Positions 38,214 through 47,175 of a stretch of 64,000 bases of DNA are shown one piece after another; the stretch's first letter is position 1; each line of letters begins with the position of its first letter. The notes under the pieces are model-generated. The model saw only the letters and a program-made list of their open reading frames with translations. It searched no databases and was not told the origin of the DNA. The position numbers and the translations under genes are program-made. Source of the DNA: Candidatus Babeliales bacterium (lineage in GTDB: Bacteria > Babelota > Babeliae > Babelales > Vermiphilaceae); assembly GCA_020050795.1 (NCBI GenBank), contig JAGVKD010000004.1:384-64383 (forward strand), in the 5' to 3' direction.

Positions 38214-38456
38214 GTCTTCGCCTAAGGGCTTCGTCTGGCTGCGCCGCTTTCTGAGGTAGAAATATAAAGTTACGATAGAACAGTTCGAAGACTGTCCGAA
38301 GTAGCTGAAAGCGTAGACGGACAAGACTATAATGACTGGTCTGCCAGTCAGCACCGAGAACTTGAAATATAATGCTTGAATAAGCAATTCGACGACATGC
38401 AGTATTCGGCCTAGCTTTTGGCAACGGTAGAATCTGCTAGTGATGATTTCAAAATT

Positions 38457-38566
38457 TGGGGAAGTGTGTGAGGAAATGCTCCTCATTCGTGAGGAGTAGC
38501 TACATATCTTGTCAGGTCCGAAAGGAAGCAGCAAATGTAGGCTATTCTTGTACACACTTTCCCTGC
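38457..38566 (+). ncRNA. ffs: signal recognition particle RNA (small/4.5S type)
   Basis: Domain IV core GTCAGGTCCGAAAGGAAGCAGC (GNRA loop GAAA). Closing helix ggggaagtgtgt / acacactttccc. An extra UUCG-capped hairpin ctcctcaTTCGtgaggag. Sits just upstream of dnaX, as in many bacteria. Confidence 0.7.
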
Positions 38567-38640
38567 TTAGTATCTAAGTTATTTTATCCAGTTTTGGATG
38601 TGAGCAATAAATCGGTAAGCACCGGTTTGGTGAGTTTCTT

Positions 38641-40395
38641 ATGAGCGAAATAAAGCTCAATCTCGCGCGCAAGTGGCGTTCGCGCAATTTTGATCAAATT
38701 GTAGGGCAAGAATTGTCGGTACGTATGTTGAAAAACAGTTTGTATCGTGGACAATACTTTCCCGTTTATTTGTTTTCAGGGCAACGTGGCTGTGGTAAAA
38801 CTACTACTGCACGTGTTTTTGCGACTGCCATAAACTGCGCCAAAGTCACCGATTTTCAAAATGATCCTCGCATCACTTCTATCCCATGTCTCGTATGTGA
38901 TTCATGCACTGCTATGCTTGCAGGCAACCATCCCGATTTTATCGAAATTGATGCAGCATCACACACTGGTGTTGATAATGTTCGTAACATTATCGAAGCA
39001 TCCTCTCTTATGCCATTAATGGGCGGCAAAAAAATCTATTTGATCGATGAAGCGCACATGCTCAGCAAAGCAGCCTTCAATGCCTTTCTAAAAATTCTTG
39101 AAGAGCCGCCAATGTCGGTCCTCTTTATCTTGGCAACAACCGATCAAGAAAAAATTATTGAAACAGTTCGTTCTCGTTGCTTCCAGCTCTTTTTCAAACC
39201 AATTGATTCAAACGATTTGCTGGAGCATTTGCACAAAGTCTGCTTGCACGAAGATATTCGTGCGGATCAACCGGGCCTTGAGTTGATCGTCAAAGAAAGC
39301 GGCGGCTCAGCGCGTGATGCCCTCAATCTCGTTGAACAAATTAGATTCTCAAGCAGCGCGATTACAAAATTATCGGTACTGAAAGTGCTTGGTCATATTG
39401 ATGACGAGCGCCTGATTGCCTTGCTTGAAACAGTGCTGACTAAGTCTGCGGGCGATGTCTTGCAGCTTTTGAGTGCTATAAAATTTGAAACATACTCAGC
39501 AGACTATGTATGGCGTCGTCTGATTGAACTGACACGTGCGCTTGTCTGGATGAAGTATGGCGTACCTCGTGAACAAGTGCGCGAACAACATGAAGCATTG
39601 CAGCAACTTGCGCGCGTTTGCTCGCTCAAACGAATCAACCAACTTTTGCGTGATATGTATGCCAGTGAATCTATGTTCCTGCGTACCACTGCACAACACC
39701 TTCTGTTGGAAATGCTCTTCCTTCGTCTCGCGCACACCAATTCTAATGATTCAGAAGGCGGTGCTGCACCAGCCTCTGCACAAGCAGCGGTGACATTCAT
39801 TGAGCAAGAAAGCGAACTTGAGGATGAGGAAGATGATGAGGACAGCGAGGATGATGAAGAAGAAGAGGATGAAGATGAGCAAGAGCAGGATGGCAAGGGC
39901 TTTGTGGTCAACTGGAAACATTTTGCCCAAGAGATCGAAACGCTCAATGAACCATTGCTCACCTCGGTATTCAAACAGGGTGAACCAACAACATTTGATA
40001 AAGTGACTGGTGTGCTCACCGTTGAATTCGCGCGTGACCTCAATTTTTTCAACGACATGCTCGCAGAAAATAAAGCGCAGTGGCAACCATTGCTTGATGC
40101 GGCATATCGCTGCGTGGTCTCATTTAACCCCCAATTTGTGCGTGAATCATTGCGAGCGCGTGTGGAGAAAAAGCAGCCAATGCCAGTACACACAACTCCG
40201 CAACCATCTTCACAATCAGCGCAAAAACCTATGTATGAAAATTATCAAAAACGGCGTCCAACTGCAGCAGCAGTGCAAACGCCACGGGAACCAATGGTAG
40301 ATGTTTCTGATGCGGCACAATGGCCAAAATCACAACTATTGCTCAAATACTTCCCAGGCACTATAACAGAAATTCGTGAGCAAGCGCATGACTAA
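38641..40395 (+). CDS. dnaX: DNA polymerase III subunit gamma/tau
   Basis: GQRGCGKTTTARVFA, zinc module CLVCDSC, IDEAHML, VRSRC. Acidic tract ELEDEEDDEDSEDDEEEEDEDEQEQD in the linker. Confidence 0.9.
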   Translation: MSEIKLNLARKWRSRNFDQIVGQELSVRMLKNSLYRGQYFPVYLFSGQRGCGKTTTARVFATAINCAKVTDFQNDPRITSIPCLVCDSCTAMLAGNHPDFIEIDAASHTGVDNVRNIIEASSLMPLMGGKKIYLIDEAHMLSKAAFNAFLKILEEPPMSVLFILATTDQEKIIETVRSRCFQLFFKPIDSNDLLEHLHKVCLHEDIRADQPGLELIVKESGGSARDALNLVEQIRFSSSAITKLSVLKVLGHIDDERLIALLETVLTKSAGDVLQLLSAIKFETYSADYVWRRLIELTRALVWMKYGVPREQVREQHEALQQLARVCSLKRINQLLRDMYASESMFLRTTAQHLLLEMLFLRLAHTNSNDSEGGAAPASAQAAVTFIEQESELEDEEDDEDSEDDEEEEDEDEQEQDGKGFVVNWKHFAQEIETLNEPLLTSVFKQGEPTTFDKVTGVLTVEFARDLNFFNDMLAENKAQWQPLLDAAYRCVVSFNPQFVRESLRARVEKKQPMPVHTTPQPSSQSAQKPMYENYQKRRPTAAAVQTPREPMVDVSDAAQWPKSQLLLKYFPGTITEIREQAHD

Positions 40396-41710
40396 AACAG
40401 TAGCATTACCAAAAGTGGTTATCGTTGGCCGAATGAATGTTGGTAAATCAACACTGTTTAATCGGCTTTCTGAAAAAGTTAAAAGCATTACCCTCGATTA
40501 TGAAGGGGTGACGCGTGATTTTATTTCTGACACCGTTCATTGGCAAGATCGCACATTTCAGCTGATCGATACGGGCGGAATTAGTTTGCACAAAACTGCT
40601 GATCCTGTCTCAGAAGAGGCACGCAAGCGGGTGATTGCTCTGCTTGATTCTGCCGATCTTATTTTATTTGTCTGCGATGGGACCGTTGGATTGCTGACTG
40701 AAGATCGTGAAATTGCAAAATTGCTCCACAAAGTTGGCAAGCCAGTTATTGTGTTGCTCAATAAATCAGATGCAAAAATTAGCCAAGAAAATATGCATGA
40801 ATTTGATCGCATTGGCCACCGGCCTTTGATTCAAATTTCTGCGGCACATGGCAGCGGCATTGAGGATCTTCTTGAATATATGATGACTGTATTGCCATCA
40901 CGATATATTGAAGAAGAGCCAGAGCAGCTGCAGCCAAAAGTGGTTATTTTGGGCAAACCGAATGTGGGCAAATCATCCCTCATTAATTTATTGCTTGGGC
41001 AAGAACGGGCCTTAGTTGCCGATATGCCGGGTACCACCCGCGAGGCAATTACCGAAAAAATTCGTTTCTATTCTGAAGATATTCAAGTGACCGATACGCC
41101 CGGTATTCGCCGTAAGCGAGGTGTCACTGAACCTCTTGAAACATTGATGGTCAAAAGTTCCTTCCATGCTCTCGATCAGGCAAATATGGTTTTGCTCATG
41201 ATTGATTCAAGCGAAGGCCACATAGCCGATCAAGAACTCAAGCTCGCATTTTATGCCTTTGACTCAAAATATCGTGCGCTGATTATTCTATTTAATAAGA
41301 ATGATTTAGCCGATGAGCGGCAAAAAGAGTTGCTGGTCGATGATCTAGACAACTATGAACACATGATGAAAAAAATTGAGCAGCTGACTATTTCTTGCAA
41401 AGATGGCAAGAATATTGGTCGCGTGCTACCACTGATCAAAAAAGTGTGGGCGCGCCATTGCCAAGAATTTTCTTCGAGTGAACTGACGATGCTTTTCCAG
41501 GAAGGCATACGTCGTCGTCCGATTTTCAAAAGCGAGCAAGAATTATTTGTGTTGCAAGCCAAACAGGTCAAAACAGCACCGATCACAATTGCGCTCAAAG
41601 TTAATATACCGCAATGGTTTGAGAAAAATCACCTCGCATATTTCGAACAGCTCATGCGCAAAAAATATGATCTCAAGGGCGTGCCGATTCGCTTCATCGT
41701 GACGAGATAA
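40388..41710 (+). CDS. der: ribosome-associated GTPase Der (EngA)
   Basis: Two G domains: GRMNVGKSTLFN/DTGG/NKSD and GKPNVGKSSLIN/DTPG/NKND. ATG 40388 overlaps the dnaX stop. Confidence 0.9.
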   Translation: MTKTVALPKVVIVGRMNVGKSTLFNRLSEKVKSITLDYEGVTRDFISDTVHWQDRTFQLIDTGGISLHKTADPVSEEARKRVIALLDSADLILFVCDGTVGLLTEDREIAKLLHKVGKPVIVLLNKSDAKISQENMHEFDRIGHRPLIQISAAHGSGIEDLLEYMMTVLPSRYIEEEPEQLQPKVVILGKPNVGKSSLINLLLGQERALVADMPGTTREAITEKIRFYSEDIQVTDTPGIRRKRGVTEPLETLMVKSSFHALDQANMVLLMIDSSEGHIADQELKLAFYAFDSKYRALIILFNKNDLADERQKELLVDDLDNYEHMMKKIEQLTISCKDGKNIGRVLPLIKKVWARHCQEFSSSELTMLFQEGIRRRPIFKSEQELFVLQAKQVKTAPITIALKVNIPQWFEKNHLAYFEQLMRKKYDLKGVPIRFIVTR

Positions 41711-41766
41711 TTTCTCTATGCTAGACTCCGTTGATGAAAAAAGATGGTTGCAACAAGGAGATGTTG

Positions 41767-42117
41767 ATGAATAAGAGAATTGTGTTTCGCAACATGGCGC
41801 ATTCCGACCCGATGGAAGAATATGCAAATAAGCAGCTAGCAAAAATAGAAAAGTTTTTGACCAATGAACCTTCACCGGTCAATATTGAGCTTGTTTTGCA
41901 ACCTTCAAAAAATCATGAACATCATCATATTGAATTGCGCGTCAAATCAAAAAATTATGATTTGGTTTCTGACTATGAACATCAAGGTGATGATTTTTAT
42001 GACACACTGGATCGCGTGATTGATGTGATGTATCGCCGTTTGCTGCAAGAAAAAGAAAGACGCATTGATGAACGCAAATCGCGTGGTCGCCACGATGATT
42101 TTAAAAAAGAACGTTAA
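41767..42117 (+). CDS. hpf: ribosome hibernation promoting factor / RaiA family (short form)
   Basis: About 115 aa: ...IVFRNMAHSDPMEEYANKQLAKIEKF...HHIELRVKSKNYDLVSDYEHQGDDFYDTLDRVIDVMYRRL. AAGGAG upstream. Confidence 0.7.
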   Translation: MNKRIVFRNMAHSDPMEEYANKQLAKIEKFLTNEPSPVNIELVLQPSKNHEHHHIELRVKSKNYDLVSDYEHQGDDFYDTLDRVIDVMYRRLLQEKERRIDERKSRGRHDDFKKER

Positions 42118-42120
42118 ATA

Positions 42121-42152
42121 AAAAAGCCCCTCGCAATGAGGGGCTTTTCTTT
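42121..42152. terminator. bidirectional rho-independent terminator
   Basis: Stem gcccctc/gaggggc (42126-42132 / 42138-42144) with loop GCAAT, A-run and T-run flanks. Confidence 0.7.
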
Positions 42153-42164
42153 TGTTTGGCTGTT

Positions 42165-43004
42165 TTAGAACAAAGGATCGTGCTTATTAGAATCGCCATC
42201 AACTCCAAGTCCTTTGCGAAATTCTTCTGCCTCAATTTCGATCAGCTCTTTCGCGAGTACTTTCCTACGCTCTGCTAATTGTGCCTTTGATCTGAATGTT
42301 TCCTCTTTCTCAATTTCAGCATGGACAGACGTTTTGATTTCATTAATAACGGTCATCATAAAATGTTCTTTGGTTTCATCGCTGAGCAGAGTCTGCGCTT
42401 TTTGCCATCGCTCATCCGCTTCCATGGTGCCGCTCAAGCCACATTCATCATAGAGTTCTTTGAGTGCAAGAATTTTTGTGGTCACTTCGGCAAGCGGGGG
42501 TTGCTCACCAACTTGCTGCAAGTCACAAATTTCCTTCCCAAGCATGAGACCGAGCCTATACAAACTTCCCGGAGCGCATATTTTTCTAAGAACTGCTGTT
42601 CTGGGTGATAGCGGTGCCGATTGTGCAGCTGCTGCATCGATGGCGATATTTTTATTGCATTCTTCTATTGTGGTGGATGCGGCGGCCGCTTCTATAGAGC
42701 GTGGGATTTTCGCTGCGATGATATCAAAGAATGGCATCCTTGATTGGGGAGATGGTGTTCTATCCGTTGCTTGCATCCGGTTCAAAGTATCTTCCGTCTG
42801 CAACTTGGCATAAGCAGCGCGTGTGTCTGCAGAAAGATCACCGGCATGGGATTGGTGCAACTTGACCAATTCAGCAGCCTCAGCCATGCGTTTACTTGCA
42901 AAGTGTTCAGCTTCAGTCATAAACCCAGTCTCGTTATTACTATTCATTGCCTGTGCACAAAATGGAAATGCCAAAAGCAGCGTGAGCGATAGTATTTTTT
43001 TCAT
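42165..43004 (-). CDS. array A member 1, class I leader, SPRT motif
   Basis: MKKILSLTLLLAFPFCAQA|MNSNN; SAPLSPRTAVL; RWQKAQTLLSDETKEHFM. Confidence 0.65.
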   Translation of the reverse strand: MKKILSLTLLLAFPFCAQAMNSNNETGFMTEAEHFASKRMAEAAELVKLHQSHAGDLSADTRAAYAKLQTEDTLNRMQATDRTPSPQSRMPFFDIIAAKIPRSIEAAAASTTIEECNKNIAIDAAAAQSAPLSPRTAVLRKICAPGSLYRLGLMLGKEICDLQQVGEQPPLAEVTTKILALKELYDECGLSGTMEADERWQKAQTLLSDETKEHFMMTVINEIKTSVHAEIEKEETFRSKAQLAERRKVLAKELIEIEAEEFRKGLGVDGDSNKHDPLF

Positions 43005-43040
43005 GTGTGTCCTTGAAACAAAAGATGTTAAATTTTTGCT

Positions 43041-43523
43041 TTATAGTTCGCCGTTTATCTTTACCATTAGCGATCCCAATGCTTCATCAGTGAATCTTGG
43101 ATCAGGGGCGGCAGACGCTTTGACATCTAGAATAATTTGCTTCATAAAATGGTCTTTGGTTTTATTACTGAGAAGGTCTGAAATTGTTCGCCACGAATTC
43201 TGTCCAGATTCAGGGTCCTTCTTTAAGTCATCACGGATTTTTTTCAAGCTACAAGCTTTTTCTGCTTGCTTAAGAAGAAAATCATTTTGCAGAGATTCAT
43301 CCAGTTGACTAATTTCATAGGCGATTAACTCTTTAGGAGTATATTTCTCTTTAAGGAGCTTCGTGCGGGGGGACAATGGTACGCCTTCCGGCTTAAAGCG
43401 CCTTTCAGGTACCCAAGCTTGTACCGCTGCTTTCAATTCTTTCCCAGTCATAGGCTGTTCTTCCATAGCCTGTGCGCAGAATGGAACGGTCAAAAGTAAT
43501 GTGAGTGAAAGTAATTTTTTCAT
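43041..43523 (-). CDS. array A member 2, class I leader, SPRT motif
   Basis: MKKLLSLTLLLTVPFCAQA|MEEQP; VPLSPRTKLL; SWRTISDLLSNKTKDHFM; ends INGEL. Confidence 0.65.
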   Translation of the reverse strand: MKKLLSLTLLLTVPFCAQAMEEQPMTGKELKAAVQAWVPERRFKPEGVPLSPRTKLLKEKYTPKELIAYEISQLDESLQNDFLLKQAEKACSLKKIRDDLKKDPESGQNSWRTISDLLSNKTKDHFMKQIILDVKASAAPDPRFTDEALGSLMVKINGEL

Positions 43524-43568
43524 GTGGGTCCTTGAAACAAAAGATGTTTAATTTTTTTTGCTCGTATA

Positions 43569-43597
43569 AGTATAAGTAAAAGAGTATTCGAGCACAA
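43569..43597 (-). promoter_or_regulatory. sigma70-like promoter of array member 2
   Basis: Minus strand TTGTGC-N17-TATACT, with the -10 element 46 nt upstream of the ATG. It lies just downstream of the terminator at 43624-43657. Confidence 0.45.
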
Positions 43598-43623
43598 ATT
43601 GCGGGATATAAAATTTTCTCAAT

Positions 43624-43657
43624 AAAAAAAGGCTCCTCGCAATGAGGAGCCTTTTTA
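43624..43657 (-). terminator. rho-independent terminator after array member 3
   Basis: Stem ggctcctc/gaggagcc (43631-43638 / 43644-43651) with loop GCAAT, and a T-run on the minus strand. Confidence 0.7.
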
Positions 43658-43670
43658 ATTTTTTGCTTTA

Positions 43671-44408
43671 TTATAGTTCGTCGTTAATCATTGCCATTAC
43701 CAATGATTCATCAGTTGCTCTCGCATCATTAGGGTTGGTAGATTTAGAGGCGACAGACGCTTTGATTTTTTTAACAGCTTTCAGCATAAAATGAACTTTG
43801 GTTTCATCGCTGAGCAGTGTTTGAGCTTTGTTCCATCTTAGATCAATCACACCACCCATTTTATTGCTGTCATCAAAAAACTTTTTCAAGACAAGTGCTT
43901 TCATCGTTATGTCGGCAGGTGCGGCATCGGCAATTTCCATCTTGCTAATTTCTTCCGCGATCATTTCAGCAAGCGTATAGTCAAGCACTAGCGTCATTTC
44001 TTTGAGGCACGATGTTCGGGGTGACAATGGATTTTTTACAGCACCCTGAACCTTCAAGGCCTCAGTTAATTTTCTGGCTTCCTTAGCTTGCGCGGCCAAT
44101 GTATCCGAGTCGCCGTCAAAATATTCTTCTTTTTCCTGTTCCTGGAATTCTGGTAGCTTTATTGCCCTAGCAACACGTCGTTTCTGTGCACGCAATTCTT
44201 GTAGCTGAGCTACTGAAGCAGCTGCTTCATCCTTGGGTAACCACTGTACAAATTTATCATCGGGATGATGTATGCCCACTGTGTGACTAGCAGGCTGAGC
44301 AGCTGCCATGCAAGCGAGTGCTTCAGCCTCGTTATTATTATTATGATTCATTGCTTGTGCACAAAATGGAGCAGTCACAAGCAGCGTGAGTGATAATAAT
44401 TTTTTCAT
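43671..44408 (-). CDS. array A member 3, class I leader, SPRT motif
   Basis: MKKLLSLTLLVTAPFCAQA|MNHNN; NPLSPRTSCL; RWNKAQTLLSDETKVHFM; ends INDEL. Confidence 0.65.
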   Translation of the reverse strand: MKKLLSLTLLVTAPFCAQAMNHNNNNEAEALACMAAAQPASHTVGIHHPDDKFVQWLPKDEAAASVAQLQELRAQKRRVARAIKLPEFQEQEKEEYFDGDSDTLAAQAKEARKLTEALKVQGAVKNPLSPRTSCLKEMTLVLDYTLAEMIAEEISKMEIADAAPADITMKALVLKKFFDDSNKMGGVIDLRWNKAQTLLSDETKVHFMLKAVKKIKASVASKSTNPNDARATDESLVMAMINDEL

Positions 44409-44455
44409 GTGTGTCCTTGAAACAAAAGATGTTTAATTTTTTTCGACCAGATACA

Positions 44456-44484
44456 AGTATAGGCAAAAGTGTATTCAAGTTCAA
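44456..44484 (-). promoter_or_regulatory. sigma70-like promoter of array member 3
   Basis: Minus strand TTGAAC-N17-TATACT, with the -10 element 48 nt upstream of the ATG. The 5' region is homologous to that of member 2. Confidence 0.45.
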
Positions 44485-44524
44485 ATCACAGCGTGTAAAA
44501 AAAGCCTAATAAAAAGGGCTTACT

Positions 44525-44971
44525 TCATTTTCTGATTTGTCTCAATCCCTTCTTTTCCCATATCTTCTTTCCAAGAGCTTCTCTGCTTTTGGTGAATGCT
44601 TTATAATCGCGCCATTTTTGCCCATCGGGATCTTCTTGTTGCAGAGCATTGTGAGCATAGAGTGAGTCATATTTAATACACAATTGTTCAAAACGTTGCA
44701 TAGAGTCCATGAACATTTCGCACGCTATTGTATAATCAGTCTTAAGATTTTGATGTTCTTCTTGGTCTTGCGAGCCAGGCAAATTCTTTTCTAAAGCCAG
44801 GCTGCTTGTAAGGGCATGAAAAGCGTGCGCGAGATCAGCAAGCTCACTTGTATTCATCGCTTTCCAAGTTTGGACGTAACCAATTACTCGTGATTTCTCT
44901 TTAGCCTCGCCATCCATGCACAGAGCTGATGCAGTTGCGCAGAGCAGTAAGATGCTTAATTTAAATTTCAT
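44525..44971 (-). CDS. array A member 4, class II leader
   Basis: MKFKLSILLLCATASALC|MDGEAK. The track start at 45001 runs into a terminator stem. Confidence 0.6.
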   Translation of the reverse strand: MKFKLSILLLCATASALCMDGEAKEKSRVIGYVQTWKAMNTSELADLAHAFHALTSSLALEKNLPGSQDQEEHQNLKTDYTIACEMFMDSMQRFEQLCIKYDSLYAHNALQQEDPDGQKWRDYKAFTKSREALGKKIWEKKGLRQIRK

Positions 44972-44989
44972 TTCCAAAAACCTCATGAT

Positions 44990-45023
44990 ATTAAAAAACA
45001 CCCTCTTGCTAGAAAAGAGGGCG
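44990..45023 (-). terminator. rho-independent terminator after array member 5
   Basis: Stem ccctctt/aagaggg (45001-45007 / 45015-45021), with a T-run on the minus strand. Confidence 0.55.
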
Positions 45024-45049
45024 TTTAGTTTGTCTACCTGACTAATTTT

Positions 45050-45580
45050 TTATTCTTGATTATCGGAATGATTATTCATGATGTCTTCTAATCTTTTCCT
45101 AAGTATTTGTTTATTTTTATGAAGACTTGCCAGGACGCTTGGTATCGTTGCATCTTTGCCGCCTTTGCTTGCTATCGCGGTTATTATTTTTCCATCAAAC
45201 TGCGTGTGAAACTCTGTATCGAATTGCAAGAGGGCCCATGCAGAATTAATCAACCCCGTAGTGAGTTTTTCATATTCGACTTCCAATGGACCGGGCTCTA
45301 ATGCGCACTGTGATCCGTCAGATGTGATACTATTTGCTAGATGAGTAAGTGACTCATAATGCTCAGTGCAGGATTCTGCAAGTTTTTTAAGCTGGTAAAG
45401 GTTGGGGCGTGCTGGAGCTTTGACAGGCTCAGGATCGGTGGTTGGTTCATTTGGATCCACAAGAGCTGCGAGACCTCGAATATCTTGAATCGGTTGAGCC
45501 GCAGGTGCCGCATTATTATCATTCATGCATACGGCTGATCCGGTTGCGCAGAGTAGCAAAATGCTGAGTTTATAGTTCAT
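45050..45580 (-). CDS. array A member 5, class II leader
   Basis: MNYKLSILLLCATGSAVC|MNDNN. Confidence 0.6.
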   Translation of the reverse strand: MNYKLSILLLCATGSAVCMNDNNAAPAAQPIQDIRGLAALVDPNEPTTDPEPVKAPARPNLYQLKKLAESCTEHYESLTHLANSITSDGSQCALEPGPLEVEYEKLTTGLINSAWALLQFDTEFHTQFDGKIITAIASKGGKDATIPSVLASLHKNKQILRKRLEDIMNNHSDNQE

Positions 45581-45625
45581 CTTCGAAATCCTTCTGTGTT
45601 GTTGTAGTAATAAAGAGAGGATATT

Positions 45626-46255
45626 TTATTTTTTAGCTTTTAATGTATCGAGTGTTGTCTTGATACTTTTTTTACTGCTACCAATCTCTTTCAGAGCTTG
45701 AGGTATCTTGCTCTTTTCTTTTTCATTGTGTTCTAGTGCATCCACAATGTCAGGATTGAATTGTGCACGATAGCTTCTTTCATATGCCGCAAGAGCTGGT
45801 TCAAGTGCCACTACCTGATTGTGGAGCTGTGCATAATGAGCAGCGAGAGTTCCTTCTCTATGGTTTTTTCCATAGTCCTTATCTTTTCTTGCGCGAATAT
45901 CCGCTTTAACTTTTGCTTTTTCGCTACTAGAGAGATAGCCATGCACCACCGTTGGTGTGTCACTGCTTCTCATTTTTTCTTCTATCCGTTGTGATTCTAT
46001 TGTCTTGAGAGCATGCAAAACTTTTCCATATTGTTCCACAAGACCGGTAAGTTCACGAATGGACAATGTTCTCGCGGCAGGACCAGGCATGGTCCTCGGT
46101 AGAAATGCTTCTCTGTCTAATGCGTCGGATAAGGCTTTGGATGCCCCGGCAAAATCAGGTTGAGCAGCAGGTGCGGGTACAGGTGCATTATTATCATTCA
46201 TGCATATAGCTGATCCTGTTGCGCAGAGCAGCAAAATGCTTAGTTTATATTTCAT
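45626..46255 (-). CDS. array A member 6, class II leader
   Basis: MKYKLSILLLCATGSAIC|MNDNN; weak FLPRT motif. Confidence 0.6.
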   Translation of the reverse strand: MKYKLSILLLCATGSAICMNDNNAPVPAPAAQPDFAGASKALSDALDREAFLPRTMPGPAARTLSIRELTGLVEQYGKVLHALKTIESQRIEEKMRSSDTPTVVHGYLSSSEKAKVKADIRARKDKDYGKNHREGTLAAHYAQLHNQVVALEPALAAYERSYRAQFNPDIVDALEHNEKEKSKIPQALKEIGSSKKSIKTTLDTLKAKK

Positions 46256-46295
46256 AGAAGAACCCTTTTTGATGTTAAAAATAATAATGATTTCA

Positions 46296-46907
46296 CTATT
46301 CTTTGATGCCAAAAACAGTTTGTGCTTCGGGCAGTAATTGTTTCATAGTTTCTATTTTTCTTGATTCTAAAAACATCTGTGAATATGCAGCTTTTTCATC
46401 TGAATCGCCATGCTGCCATATCTTTTGCTCGCTCTCACGAAGGCAGGCTTTCAAATGGCGAACAATTATACTGCCGGCATATTTTTTGCATTCTTCGTTT
46501 AAGGATTTGAATTCTTCGAGGGTTGCATCTTTACCTTGCGCGAGGAAATTAAAATAATTTTCAACTTCAGATGCCACGAGCAAGCTATTGGATCCGCCCA
46601 ATACGGCCACGATATCTTTTGCAGCGCCATTTGAACGCAACACATTCATGGTTGATTTGCGTTGTGAGACAATCGCTTCTTGGCATGTTGTGCGCTTGAA
46701 AACAGTCTGATGTAGTTTTATAACGAATGATGTGCGGGGAGATAATGGCGCTTCCGCTGGTGGTTGTTCTGCATCGCCAGAATCATCTTGTGGTCTATTG
46801 AGGAGTGCAAGCAATGCTGCACGCGGTTGTCGTGCTACGACAAGTTCCATTGCTTGTGCGCAGAGTGTGGATGCCAAAAAGAATGTGAGCGATAGTATCT
46901 TTTTCAT
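46296..46907 (-). CDS. array A member 7, class I leader, SPRT motif
   Basis: MKKILSLTFFLASTLCAQA|MELV; APLSPRTSFV; ENYF...IIVRHL shared with member 10. Confidence 0.6.
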   Translation of the reverse strand: MKKILSLTFFLASTLCAQAMELVVARQPRAALLALLNRPQDDSGDAEQPPAEAPLSPRTSFVIKLHQTVFKRTTCQEAIVSQRKSTMNVLRSNGAAKDIVAVLGGSNSLLVASEVENYFNFLAQGKDATLEEFKSLNEECKKYAGSIIVRHLKACLRESEQKIWQHGDSDEKAAYSQMFLESRKIETMKQLLPEAQTVFGIKE

Positions 46908-46938
46908 GAAAGTCTTCATTTTAAAAAGTGTGTAATTT

Positions 46939-47175
46939 TTATTTCTTACTAGCATCACTCTTTGGAACTTTTTTCTCTGGCGATGATGGTGCAGGCTGAG
47001 GCTTTTGAGCCTTGTGCTGTTCATGCAAGATTGCGAGCTTCTCCAACCGTTCTGAGCGACTAAGCTTCATCAGTTCGTTCACCTGCTCGTTGGTAAAACG
47101 AGGAAATCCATCATCATCCATGCACAGAGCCGATCCGGTTGCGCAGAGTAGCAAAATACTGAGTTTATAACTCAT
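46939..47175 (-). CDS. array A member 8, class II leader (78 aa)
   Basis: MSYKLSILLLCATGSALC|MDDDG. The start overlaps the stop of member 9 by 11 nt (ATGAGTTATAA). Confidence 0.5.
   Translation of the reverse strand: MSYKLSILLLCATGSALCMDDDGFPRFTNEQVNELMKLSRSERLEKLAILHEQHKAQKPQPAPSSPEKKVPKSDASKK

Noticed and set aside
38097-38555. 152-aa minus-strand ORF
   Set aside because: It overlaps tRNA-Ser and the SRP RNA on the opposite strand, and the RNA genes explain the region.
39020-39035. A-run (GGCAAAAAAATC) in dnaX as a possible programmed -1 frameshift site for a gamma subunit
   Set aside because: It lies in the N-terminal ATPase domain near the Walker B region, not after domain III as in E. 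coli. A shift here would give a non-functional stub.
39504-40193. 229-aa minus-strand ORF rich in Ser runs (SSSSSSSSSSLSSSSSSSSS)
   Set aside because: It is the antisense shadow of the GAN-rich acidic tract inside dnaX. dnaX motifs occupy the plus strand continuously, so the minus ORF is not credible.
42126-43651. Two terminator hairpins with the same GCAAT loop and similar stems (gcccctcGCAATgaggggc at 42126 and ggctcctcGCAATgaggagcc at 43631)
   Set aside because: Two occurrences only. This is probably duplication of the 3' end along with array genes rather than a dispersed REP-like element.
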